Source of the DNA: a virus
Taxonomy: Duplodnaviria > Caudoviricetes
Length of the DNA stretch: 52,701 bases
IMG/VR virus record: IMGVR_UViG_3300023210_000044
Location: 1 to 52,701 of that record
Strand: one strand, 5' to 3'
Shown in pieces: positions 1 through 6,506 of this stretch; the first letter of the stretch is position 1, and every line of letters starts with the position of its first letter. The translations under genes were made by a program, and so were the position numbers. A model generated the notes under the pieces. The model saw only the letters and a program-made list of their open reading frames with translations. It was not told the origin of the DNA and did not search any database.

Positions 1-241
1 TGTCGATGTCCTTATTGCTATCCAGAAAGTGGACTGCCTCGCTGATGGTGAGTCCCGAAGCGTGTTTACCGTTTATCCGCAGGTTGATAAGCAGTGAGTC
101 TGCTGATCCATGATCGAACGAATTGGCGATTTTGCCAATGCTTAGTATCATGGATGCTGCGGCTTCATTGCTGTATGCTGTTTCGCAATGAACATCGTCA
201 AAGTCTGGTCTACGCACCGTGACGCTAACTTCATAGAACAT
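1..241 (-). CDS. Array cassette ORF, hypothetical, runs off the left edge (MFYEVSVTVRRPDFDDVHC...SNKDID)
   Basis: Not in the ORF track. ATG at 241 follows the repeat SD (AAAGGAACCAACATG), and the frame is open for 80 codons to position 1. Confidence 0.8.
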   Translation of the reverse strand, partial: MFYEVSVTVRRPDFDDVHCETAYSNEAAASMILSIGKIANSFDHGSADSLLINLRINGKHASGLTISEAVHFLDSNKDID

Positions 242-245
242 GTTG

Positions 246-307
246 GTTCCTTTCAAAGAACGCAGGTTATTGAAAAACTCTGCTGATCAATTAAGACCAG
301 CAGAGCG
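246..307 (-). repeat. 62-bp cassette repeat copy 1 (28-bp palindromic core 278-305, T-tract, SD)
   Basis: gttcctttcaaagaacgcaggttattgaaaaactctgctgatcaattaagaccagcagagcg; six near-identical copies in the window. Confidence 0.97.
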
Positions 308-309
308 AG

Positions 310-519
310 TTATTTGACCGATACAACAAGGCCGTCTTTCAATTGAGCCTCGGCATACCATGTGTGTGGTGCAGGATAATGCGGCCCTTCCAATGTGGTG
401 TAGCCATCGGTCGGCTCATTACCGCCAAATGGGCCGATTTGAAAGATCCGCACCGCCTCACCCTCTTTGATTGCTCTTTTGAGTGCCGCTTTGCTTTTGA
501 AGTTTGTAGTGGTGTACAT
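310..519 (-). CDS. Array cassette ORF, hypothetical 69 aa
   Basis: ATG lies directly after the repeat SD and the stop lies 2 nt before the next repeat. Confidence 0.85.
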   Translation of the reverse strand: MYTTTNFKSKAALKRAIKEGEAVRIFQIGPFGGNEPTDGYTTLEGPHYPAPHTWYAEAQLKDGLVVSVK

Positions 520-522
520 TTT

Positions 523-584
523 GTTCCTTTCAAAGAACGCAGGTTATTGAAAAACTCTGCTGATCAATTAAGACCAGCAGAGCG
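523..584 (-). repeat. 62-bp cassette repeat copy 2
   Basis: Identical to copy 1. Confidence 0.97.
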
Positions 585-591
585 GTGTGGT

Positions 592-843
592 TTATCCGAT
601 CAATCGTTCAAGTTCAGCGACGAATGCTTTCCCACCTTTCTCATTGATTGCTTCAAGAATCTTACGGGCTTTTGATTTGCCAAAGCGAAACGGCAATTTT
701 TTCGGATCGCCGATTGTCATCAACTCATGACCATTGCCTTTGATGTATGTCACACATTCCAACTCCGATTTCAGTTCCGATGCCTCCATCTTGAATGCTT
801 TTTTGGTTGACGATTTCTTGACGGTGGTTTTGCTAGCTGCCAT
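592..843 (-). CDS. Basic small protein, paralog of 2323-2571; possibly nucleic-acid binding
   Basis: Lys-rich N-terminus; the C-terminal ~65 aa are nearly identical to 2323-2571; SD GAAAGG upstream. Confidence 0.85.
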   Translation of the reverse strand: MAASKTTVKKSSTKKAFKMEASELKSELECVTYIKGNGHELMTIGDPKKLPFRFGKSKARKILEAINEKGGKAFVAELERLIG

Positions 844-1000
844 GGTGGTAGCCTTTCTCGGTCGTTTTGACCGTTTTGGTTTTGGCCGTTGCTGGCCGGT
901 TTGTTGAATCTCTCTGTCCTATCAAAGCGAAGCAACTAGGACAGAAGATTCAATTAAACAAGAGAAGAAAAGACTAAGATCTTATTGAACCTAAAGGTCT
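844..1000 (-). promoter_or_regulatory. Structured leader B (long hairpin 899-959 plus two small hairpins)
   Basis: gtttgttgaatct..ctgtccta pairs with taggacaga..agattcaattaaac; homologous to 2572-2770. Confidence 0.6.
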
Positions 1001-1031
1001 GAATGGCCGTCAAGCCACCCAGACCATGTGT

Positions 1032-1301
1032 TTACTTACGTTTTGACTCTTGAGCATCCTTCATGTCGATGATGTGAGTTGGATCACCGTCATTGATGTC
1101 AGACCACACGATGATTCTCACTTCATCCTCATGCTTTTCGATCAAGATAGGGAAGCCAAAGCCATCTTCAGCCGCCGCTTCACCATGACCCTCGGGACAG
1201 ATGTAAATGCCCTGATTGTCTAGGCTGATTTTCACCTTGATTGCCGTTTTGTCTGATGGTAGGTCAGCCAAGTCCAGTATTGTGTGAACTATTTCTTCCA
1301 T
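1032..1301 (-). CDS. Array cassette ORF, hypothetical 89 aa
   Basis: ATG immediately follows the SD of repeat 3. Confidence 0.85.
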   Translation of the reverse strand: MEEIVHTILDLADLPSDKTAIKVKISLDNQGIYICPEGHGEAAAEDGFGFPILIEKHEDEVRIIVWSDINDGDPTHIIDMKDAQESKRK

Positions 1302-1304
1302 TTT

Positions 1305-1366
1305 GTTCCTTTCAAAGAACGCGGGTTATTGAAAAACTCTGCTGATCAATTAAGACCAGCAGAGCG
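1305..1366 (-). repeat. 62-bp cassette repeat copy 3
   Basis: One substitution versus copy 1 (gcgggtt); core invariant. Confidence 0.97.
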
Positions 1367-1372
1367 TTGTGG

Positions 1373-1663
1373 TTACTCTAATTCGCCAAGTACTTCATCC
1401 AGCTTTTCGCCAAGACAGTCAAGACACCAAGGGCAATTGTCTTCATGATCAATCTGGTCATGGCATTCATCGCATTCACCATCAATAAGATAGCTTTCCG
1501 AGACTGGGATGTAGACAGTACCCAGATCGGCTCCATCTTGACTTAGTTTGTCTTGAATAGCTTGATCCAAAGCTTGCATTGTTAGGTCAATAGCGACCCA
1601 ATCAGATCCATTGCTATTTCCAACACTATTTTCCGCCGCCATTTCGGGGCTTAAAGTGAGCAT
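1373..1663 (-). CDS. Array cassette ORF, very acidic 96 aa with CxxC..CxxC (possible Zn binding)
   Basis: ATG follows the repeat SD; motifs CDEC and CPWCLDC. Confidence 0.8.
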   Translation of the reverse strand: MLTLSPEMAAENSVGNSNGSDWVAIDLTMQALDQAIQDKLSQDGADLGTVYIPVSESYLIDGECDECHDQIDHEDNCPWCLDCLGEKLDEVLGELE

Positions 1664-1666
1664 TTT

Positions 1667-1728
1667 GTTCCTTTCAAAGAACGCGGGTTATTGAAAAACT
1701 CTGCTGATCAATTAAGACCAGCAGAGCG
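1667..1728 (-). repeat. 62-bp cassette repeat copy 4
   Basis: Identical to copy 3. Confidence 0.97.
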
Positions 1729-1734
1729 GTGTGG

Positions 1735-1992
1735 TTACCGATCCATGTCGGCAGTCATCAATTCAAGAATCTTTTTTTGAATACGTTTTTTGGCCCAGCG
1801 GATTTCCTCTTCGGCTTCATCAAGGCAAAATACTGCATCTGTCAGTTGAGATCGATCCTTGACCATCTCCCAAATACATGCATCATCATGCATTTCGGTG
1901 TCGATTCTAATTTGGCCCAGATACTCAACTGCCTTATCAACGCGATTCTTAATTGATGCAATGCCGATAACTTGGTCACATTCGTCATACAT
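1735..1992 (-). CDS. Array cassette ORF, helical hypothetical 85 aa
   Basis: ATG follows the repeat SD; ends GAT CGG TAA ccacaccg. Confidence 0.8.
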   Translation of the reverse strand: MYDECDQVIGIASIKNRVDKAVEYLGQIRIDTEMHDDACIWEMVKDRSQLTDAVFCLDEAEEEIRWAKKRIQKKILELMTADMDR

Positions 1993-1997
1993 GATTT

Positions 1998-2059
1998 GTT
2001 CCTTTCAAAGAACGCGGGTTATTGAAAAACTCTGCTGATCAATTAAGACCAGCAGAGCG
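1998..2059 (-). repeat. 62-bp cassette repeat copy 5
   Basis: Identical to copy 3. Confidence 0.97.
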
Positions 2060-2065
2060 GTGTGG

Positions 2066-2248
2066 TTACCGATCAGGGCGACGACGACGAGCTGTCTTTC
2101 TTGTCTTAGTTGAATCACTGATCTTTATTTGATCACTGGTCGCCGACAGTGTTTGGCGAATCGCATCATGGATAATCGTACGTCTTTCCATGAATGTCTC
2201 TAATGATAATACGTTTCGTTTTTGTTGAGCCGTGATGTGTAATCGCAT
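2066..2248 (-). CDS. Array cassette ORF, basic hypothetical 60 aa
   Basis: ATG follows the repeat SD; ends GAT CGG TAA ccacaccg. Confidence 0.7.
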   Translation of the reverse strand: MRLHITAQQKRNVLSLETFMERRTIIHDAIRQTLSATSDQIKISDSTKTRKTARRRRPDR

Positions 2249-2253
2249 CTTTT

Positions 2254-2315
2254 GTTCCTTTCAAAGAACGTGTGTTATTGAAAAACTCTGCTGATCAATT
2301 AAGACCAGCAGAGCG
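2254..2315 (-). repeat. 62-bp cassette repeat copy 6
   Basis: Core invariant; the linker reads gtgtgtt. Confidence 0.97.
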
Positions 2316-2322
2316 TCATGGT

Positions 2323-2571
2323 TTATCCGATCAATCGTTCAAGTTCAGCGACGAATGCTTTCCCACCTTTCTCATTGATTGCTTCAAGAATCTTACGGGC
2401 TTTTGATTTGCCAAAGCGGAAAGGGAGTTTTTTCGGATCGCCGATCGTCATCAATTCATGACCATTGCCTTTGATGTATGTCACACATTTCAGCTCCGAT
2501 TTCAGAGCGGATGCTTCCATCTTGAATGCTTTTTTGGTCGTTTTCTTCGATGCTTTTTTGGTTGCTGCCAT
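2323..2571 (-). CDS. Basic small protein, paralog of 592-843
   Basis: Start set at ATG 2571 (MAATKK) by alignment with the paralog. Confidence 0.85.
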   Translation of the reverse strand: MAATKKASKKTTKKAFKMEASALKSELKCVTYIKGNGHELMTIGDPKKLPFRFGKSKARKILEAINEKGGKAFVAELERLIG

Positions 2572-2770
2572 GGTAGTGACTCGCTTTCTGGTCGTTTTGA
2601 CCAAGTGGTTGGTGGCCGTTGCTGGCCGATTTTGGGTCGTCCTGTCTTCTAAAACCTTTCTGTCTTTCTAAATCTCTCAATCCCCCACAAAGAAAGACGG
2701 AGGCTTTGGGAGTCATTCGGGGGATTGAAGATTTCTAAAGACTAAGAAAGTTTTAAGACAGGAAGATCTT
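2572..2770 (-). promoter_or_regulatory. Structured leader A with ~120-nt imperfect hairpin (2641-2762)
   Basis: cctgtctt..aaaac..ctttct..gtcttt..aaatct..tcaatcccc pairs with ggggattga..agattt..aaagac..agaaag..ttttaagacagg. Confidence 0.65.
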
Positions 2771-2935
2771 TTAGGATTGAAGAATGAAGAAAGAATGATC
2801 TTTTTGAAGATTTTGATGCGTGTGCGATTATACATCGAAACTAGGGCCAAAAAACGGTGTAAAACGGGCACATATGATCGCGTGTTTGACACTTTGCTAT
2901 TGACAACGGCCCAAATCGCTGTCTAAACTAGTCTT

Positions 2936-3385
2936 ATGCTTGATTCACCTACGCGACAAAGCGGCGAAAATGTCAGGGCAAACTGCAATGTTGTCTCTAA
3001 TGACTCATTCAGCGCGTCTTCGGATAAAAACAACTCTGGAGATAGCACTATAAGAGGCAGAATAAGAGGTGGTCGTCGAGTTTCGGAGCATTTGTGTGAT
3101 CAGCTAGAACTAAATGAAGCTGATGTGAGGAAAATCGCCGTAAATGCTGATTTGACGATAGCGGAAAGGATGGCAGCAAAATGGGCACTTCGTTGTCTTA
3201 CTGATGATACAACGAGAGGTGGCATTCCTTTGGCGTCTTATGATATCGACAGGCTGATGGATCGAACTGTTGGCCGTCCTAGTCAGCAAGTAAACATCAC
3301 GGAAGAACACAAGACAGTCAATGTGATCAATCTAACTCGCGAGGCTCTTGACGATGCCAAGGAAGCGCTGACCATCGACATATAG
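2936..3385 (+). CDS. Putative terminase small subunit-like protein
   Basis: C-terminal IDRLMDRTVGRPSQQV resembles the 'LLDRxxGKPxQ' motif of terS/DUF5681-type proteins; TTGACA-18-TAAACT at 2900-2929 upstream. Confidence 0.55.
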   Translation: MLDSPTRQSGENVRANCNVVSNDSFSASSDKNNSGDSTIRGRIRGGRRVSEHLCDQLELNEADVRKIAVNADLTIAERMAAKWALRCLTDDTTRGGIPLASYDIDRLMDRTVGRPSQQVNITEEHKTVNVINLTREALDDAKEALTIDI

Positions 3386-3638
3386 TCACGGTTCTCTCTA
3401 TACCCCGCGTTAACGCACAATAGAGTCACGGTTTTGTTTAGAAGCGTGATTGATCGAATTGCCCCTCAAGATGTGTGTGTTAACGCGTGTATCTTGGCGG
3501 CTCACCATCCTGACCCGCCTCTCAGATCGGGCAACGGATCCGTAAGGATAACGCAACTATATTCCACACAACATATTTCAAAACATTGACTGCCGTTAAC
3601 AGGCTTTTATTTTATTTTCAAAAACTCACCCCAACCCC

Positions 3639-3667
3639 TTGACTGCCGTTGGCAGGTATGGTAAGAT
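3639..3667 (+). promoter_or_regulatory. Sigma70-like promoter with palindromic operator
   Basis: TTGACT-17-TAAGAT with CTGCC-gtt-GGCAG overlapping the -35/spacer; a degenerate copy starts at 3586. Confidence 0.75.
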
Positions 3668-3673
3668 AACGAT

Positions 3674-3913
3674 ATGGCACTTGACAGCAACAACAAAAGT
3701 TTCAAAGAGCTGATGGACAAGGCTATTGAGGAAAGCATCCCTACCCCGGAAGAGTTCTGGGGCATAATCGGTTCGTCACCGCAGTTCCTTGGCACGGCCC
3801 CTCAGGACCGCGAGCTTCTCGCCGAGCTCCTTGGCACCAAGGAGCTTCGTTACAAGTTCGAGATTTCGTCAACGGGCGGCTTAACCATTACGGATAGAGG
3901 GCCACGATCATGA
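3674..3913 (+). CDS. Hypothetical protein
   Basis: Follows the promoter; ATGA overlap with the next gene. Confidence 0.7.
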   Translation: MALDSNNKSFKELMDKAIEESIPTPEEFWGIIGSSPQFLGTAPQDRELLAELLGTKELRYKFEISSTGGLTITDRGPRS

Positions 3914-4188
3914 CGCGTTCAGACATCCCCGACGAGATCAGCACCCGTGCCTTTGACAAGGGTGAATACGTCACCGCCGAAACCAAGGAGGAGACGGATG
4001 ACTGGCACGACCAGATGCAGGGCCTTCAGGATATTAGTGATGTGCCTTTGTTCTTGCGTGACCGCGACCAGCTTGAAGAATTGCCAGCCTCTGCGGCGGG
4101 TCGCGCGATGATGGCTGAAGACGAGTTCTTTAATAAGAAGCCAAGTTTATGGCAGAAGGTAAAGCGATGGGTGACTGGGAGTATATAA
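3910..4188 (+). CDS. Hypothetical protein
   Basis: Coupled to the previous ORF. Confidence 0.7.
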   Translation: MTRSDIPDEISTRAFDKGEYVTAETKEETDDWHDQMQGLQDISDVPLFLRDRDQLEELPASAAGRAMMAEDEFFNKKPSLWQKVKRWVTGSI

Positions 4189-4427
4189 GAACAGGATTCG
4201 GCGACGACGCCGAGAACTTGCATTGCGGCGACTGTAAGGTTGCTTGGACTGGGCCACCTCGTTGTCCAGAGTGCGGCAAGGCAAATGAGTATAATGAGCG
4301 GACCCTCGATCACGAGGCGTACGTTAATGGCGTGTTTCTTCCTGTTGTTCAGGAGGTATTTGAAGACACGTTTTCGGTAATTGATTCCCCTAAATGTTTG
4401 GAGCATCCAGATGGCGACGACAGTTAA
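4149..4427 (+). CDS. Zinc-ribbon protein (start possibly 4167)
   Basis: CGDC...CPECG motifs. Confidence 0.65.
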   Translation: MAEGKAMGDWEYIRTGFGDDAENLHCGDCKVAWTGPPRCPECGKANEYNERTLDHEAYVNGVFLPVVQEVFEDTFSVIDSPKCLEHPDGDDS

Positions 4428-4791
4428 AATTGGTGACAGTTTAAAGTTTCATTTGAACGAGCAGGAGATTCATGGTTTTAAAACCTTCGGCGAGCCCGGC
4501 ACTGACGGTCCTCACGAGGCGGAGGTTGTGGCTGTTGTGGGGGATGGTGGGCATGTGGATGTCGAGGCGATTGATAGCAGGGGCAACAAGCACCGCATCA
4601 ACAACCTTCCAGTGAGTCCAGCCAAGTCAGGGCAATCTTTTGTTACAGGTTGCGAGGCAGTTACCGAAGTGGAAAAGCCACTTGGGACAGCCACATCAGA
4701 AGAGTCATCCACTACCTTGGATGGCTCTGCCGCCGTAGATGACATCGTTTCTAACGATCCCTCGGATGGTACTTTAGAAACATCGGATTAA
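4411..4791 (+). CDS. Hypothetical protein (beta-rich N-terminal domain, acidic tail)
   Basis: GGAG SD before ATG 4411. Confidence 0.7.
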   Translation: MATTVKIGDSLKFHLNEQEIHGFKTFGEPGTDGPHEAEVVAVVGDGGHVDVEAIDSRGNKHRINNLPVSPAKSGQSFVTGCEAVTEVEKPLGTATSEESSTTLDGSAAVDDIVSNDPSDGTLETSD

Positions 4792-4795
4792 CCAA

Positions 4796-5075
4796 GCCCC
4801 CGGTAGCCGGATCGTCGGGGTTCCCTCGGCGGTTCGGTTTCGCCCGCTGTGATCCGACGTTGATCTACCCTGCCCCACAAAGGCACTTTGATGGGATGGG
4901 ATCTGCAGAGCGTCGGGGAGTGGGCACTAACTTGTCGGTGCGGATTCATATTCGCCGCTTGTATAATGACGCAGGCTCTTGCCATAACCTTCAGCGAAAG
5001 CTGACCGTTGCCAGCAAGAGCAGGTGCTCCTTTAACCTCCGCATGATGGGGGTCGTGTACAAGGATCATGGCTGA
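4796..5075 (+). ncRNA. Candidate structured ncRNA (strand uncertain)
   Basis: No convincing ORF; several nested stems, including tcagc-GAAA-gctga inside gctcttgc/gcaagagc. Confidence 0.4.
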
Positions 5076-5103
5076 TTTTTTAACGTATTCTCTTTCTCCT
5101 CCG

Positions 5104-5143
5104 GCCTCCACCGTTTTTCTAGGCGGTGGAGGCTTTTTCTTTT
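5104..5143 (+). terminator. Intrinsic terminator between convergent operons
   Basis: gcctccaccg/cggtggaggc 10-bp stem followed by tttttctttt. Confidence 0.8.
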
Positions 5144-5325
5144 GGCATTCCGAGGTAGATGGTATGCCCCCGGGTGAACATACTTGCTGCTGCGGGTACT
5201 CCTATGGCGATGTACCCACCGCCATGGCGGTCCATGTAGAACAGGTCGCTCCCGCAGAGTGCTAGTTGGAGCCGCCGCTTTAGCGATGCGTTCTCGGCTT
5301 GCAGCGTTGCTAATAATTCATTCAT
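5119..5325 (-). CDS. Hypothetical protein
   Basis: TAATG overlap with the thermonuclease stop. Confidence 0.6.
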   Translation of the reverse strand: MNELLATLQAENASLKRRLQLALCGSDLFYMDRHGGGYIAIGVPAAASMFTRGHTIYLGMPKEKASTA

Positions 5326-5669
5326 TACAAATACTCCGTGGCGTGTCCTTTGCGGATCAAGTGCTTGTTAACATCGGTTCTGTCGTGATAAATCGTTGCT
5401 AACCAGCGACCATACTTGCCTTTTCCGTGCGTCCTAACCAGCACTTCTTTATGTAAGATCAAACTTCGCAAATAGTCTCTTGCTTCGTAGGCTCTTTTCT
5501 TAACGTCGCCGTGAGTGCCGCGCAACTCAGGTGTATCAATACCCTTGAGTCTTAGTTTGGCTGATTTAAGAATGATACCGAAACCAATGTCCAAGTCGCA
5601 AGTCACAGTGTCTCCATCATATACTCTTGTGATCATACCCACGTTAAGTCTTGTTGGTTGGCGACTCAT
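5325..5669 (-). CDS. Thermonuclease (staphylococcal nuclease family)
   Basis: RVYDGDT, RLKGIDTPE, GKYGRWLA and NKHLIRKGHA motifs. Confidence 0.92.
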   Translation of the reverse strand: MSRQPTRLNVGMITRVYDGDTVTCDLDIGFGIILKSAKLRLKGIDTPELRGTHGDVKKRAYEARDYLRSLILHKEVLVRTHGKGKYGRWLATIYHDRTDVNKHLIRKGHATEYL

Positions 5670-5866
5670 AGTCTCTCCAATGCATCAATGCCATCTTGGA
5701 TCTTCTGGCTGTAGCCCTTCAGTTCTTTGATGTGTTTCCTGCGTTCGTCGTCAATGTTCTTGCTGTCGCGGGTCTGGGACGCGAGCACGCCATTGATGAT
5801 ACCCCTGCTGATTAGCAGTGCGTGGCTTACTGTTTCACGGTTGGTCATTTCCATAATTATTTCCAT
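5666..5866 (-). CDS. Hypothetical helical protein
   Basis: Overlaps both neighbouring genes in the operon. Confidence 0.65.
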   Translation of the reverse strand: MEIIMEMTNRETVSHALLISRGIINGVLASQTRDSKNIDDERRKHIKELKGYSQKIQDGIDALERL

Positions 5867-6441
5867 TCTCTGCTGCCGATTCGCTCAATGCGTTCGGCGG
5901 GGTTAAGGTGATTAACGTACGTGTTGGTCGTTGCAATGTTACTATGCCCCAGTTGCTGCGAGATCATATGGAGCGGGACGTTTTCGTTCACGAGCTCATA
6001 GGCATGGGAGTGTCTCAGCCCGTGAGCATGGACACGATGTTCGATACCAGCTCTTTTCCCTATTCGCTTTAACATGTGTCTCACGTATGATGTATCGAGA
6101 GGTGTTCCATGCAAAGTGCAGAACAACAATCCCTTGGGCTTGACGGCGACCCACTGCTCGATGAAGACGAGGGTGCCTTGGTCTACAGCGACCACGCGAG
6201 ATTTGTCACCTTTACCGTGCCGTACAGTAATGGCTCCTCTCTTGGAGTCAATGTCTCGTGCAGCAAGGTTGAGGGCCTCGCTACAGCGTAGTCCACTGCG
6301 GTAAAGTAGGGCGATTAAGGCTCGGTTACGAAGTCCGGTAGCTCCACGACCCCGGGCTTTAAGAAGTGCTTCGACTTCCTTGGGCGTGCAGATGCCCTCA
6401 AGTGCAGGGTATTTTTTACCCTTGTTGGCTGGAATAACCAT
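5857..6441 (-). CDS. Tyrosine recombinase, catalytic domain only (194 aa)
   Basis: SGLRCSEAL (R), HGKGDKSR (K), HGLRH (HxxR), LGHSNIATTNTY (H, Y). Confidence 0.95.
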   Translation of the reverse strand: MVIPANKGKKYPALEGICTPKEVEALLKARGRGATGLRNRALIALLYRSGLRCSEALNLAARDIDSKRGAITVRHGKGDKSRVVAVDQGTLVFIEQWVAVKPKGLLFCTLHGTPLDTSYVRHMLKRIGKRAGIEHRVHAHGLRHSHAYELVNENVPLHMISQQLGHSNIATTNTYVNHLNPAERIERIGSREWK

Positions 6442-6473
6442 GTGTGTGCTCCTTTTAAAAGCGTGATCCTAGG

Positions 6474-6502
6474 AGTATAGACTGCCAAAAGCAGTCTGTC
6501 AA
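6474..6502 (-). promoter_or_regulatory. Promoter of the recombinase operon with palindromic spacer
   Basis: TTGACA-17-TATACT; spacer GACTGCttttgGCAGTC. Confidence 0.8.
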
Positions 6503-6506
6503 GTTT

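Noticed and set aside
99-108. Half-site tctgctgatc of the 28-bp core inside the first ORF
   Set aside because: It is a single 10-nt match with no partner arm and may be chance.
246-2315. CRISPR array
   Set aside because: Repeats are 62 bp, the intervals are 194-720 bp and contain whole ORFs, and there are no cas genes.
4788-5402. ORFs 4788-5111(-), 4860-5075(+), 5068-5265(+), 5184-5402(+)
   Set aside because: They lack convincing SDs, have atypical composition, and overlap a terminator or predicted RNA stems.
246-6441. Classical integron (attC/IntI)
   Set aside because: No clear RYYYAAC...GTTRRRY attC ends with extrahelical bases; the recombinase is 194 aa and lacks the IntI-specific insertion.
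5857-6441. Prophage integrase with attP/lysogeny module
   Set aside because: No arm-binding domain, CI/Cro pair, host flanks or att core is visible.
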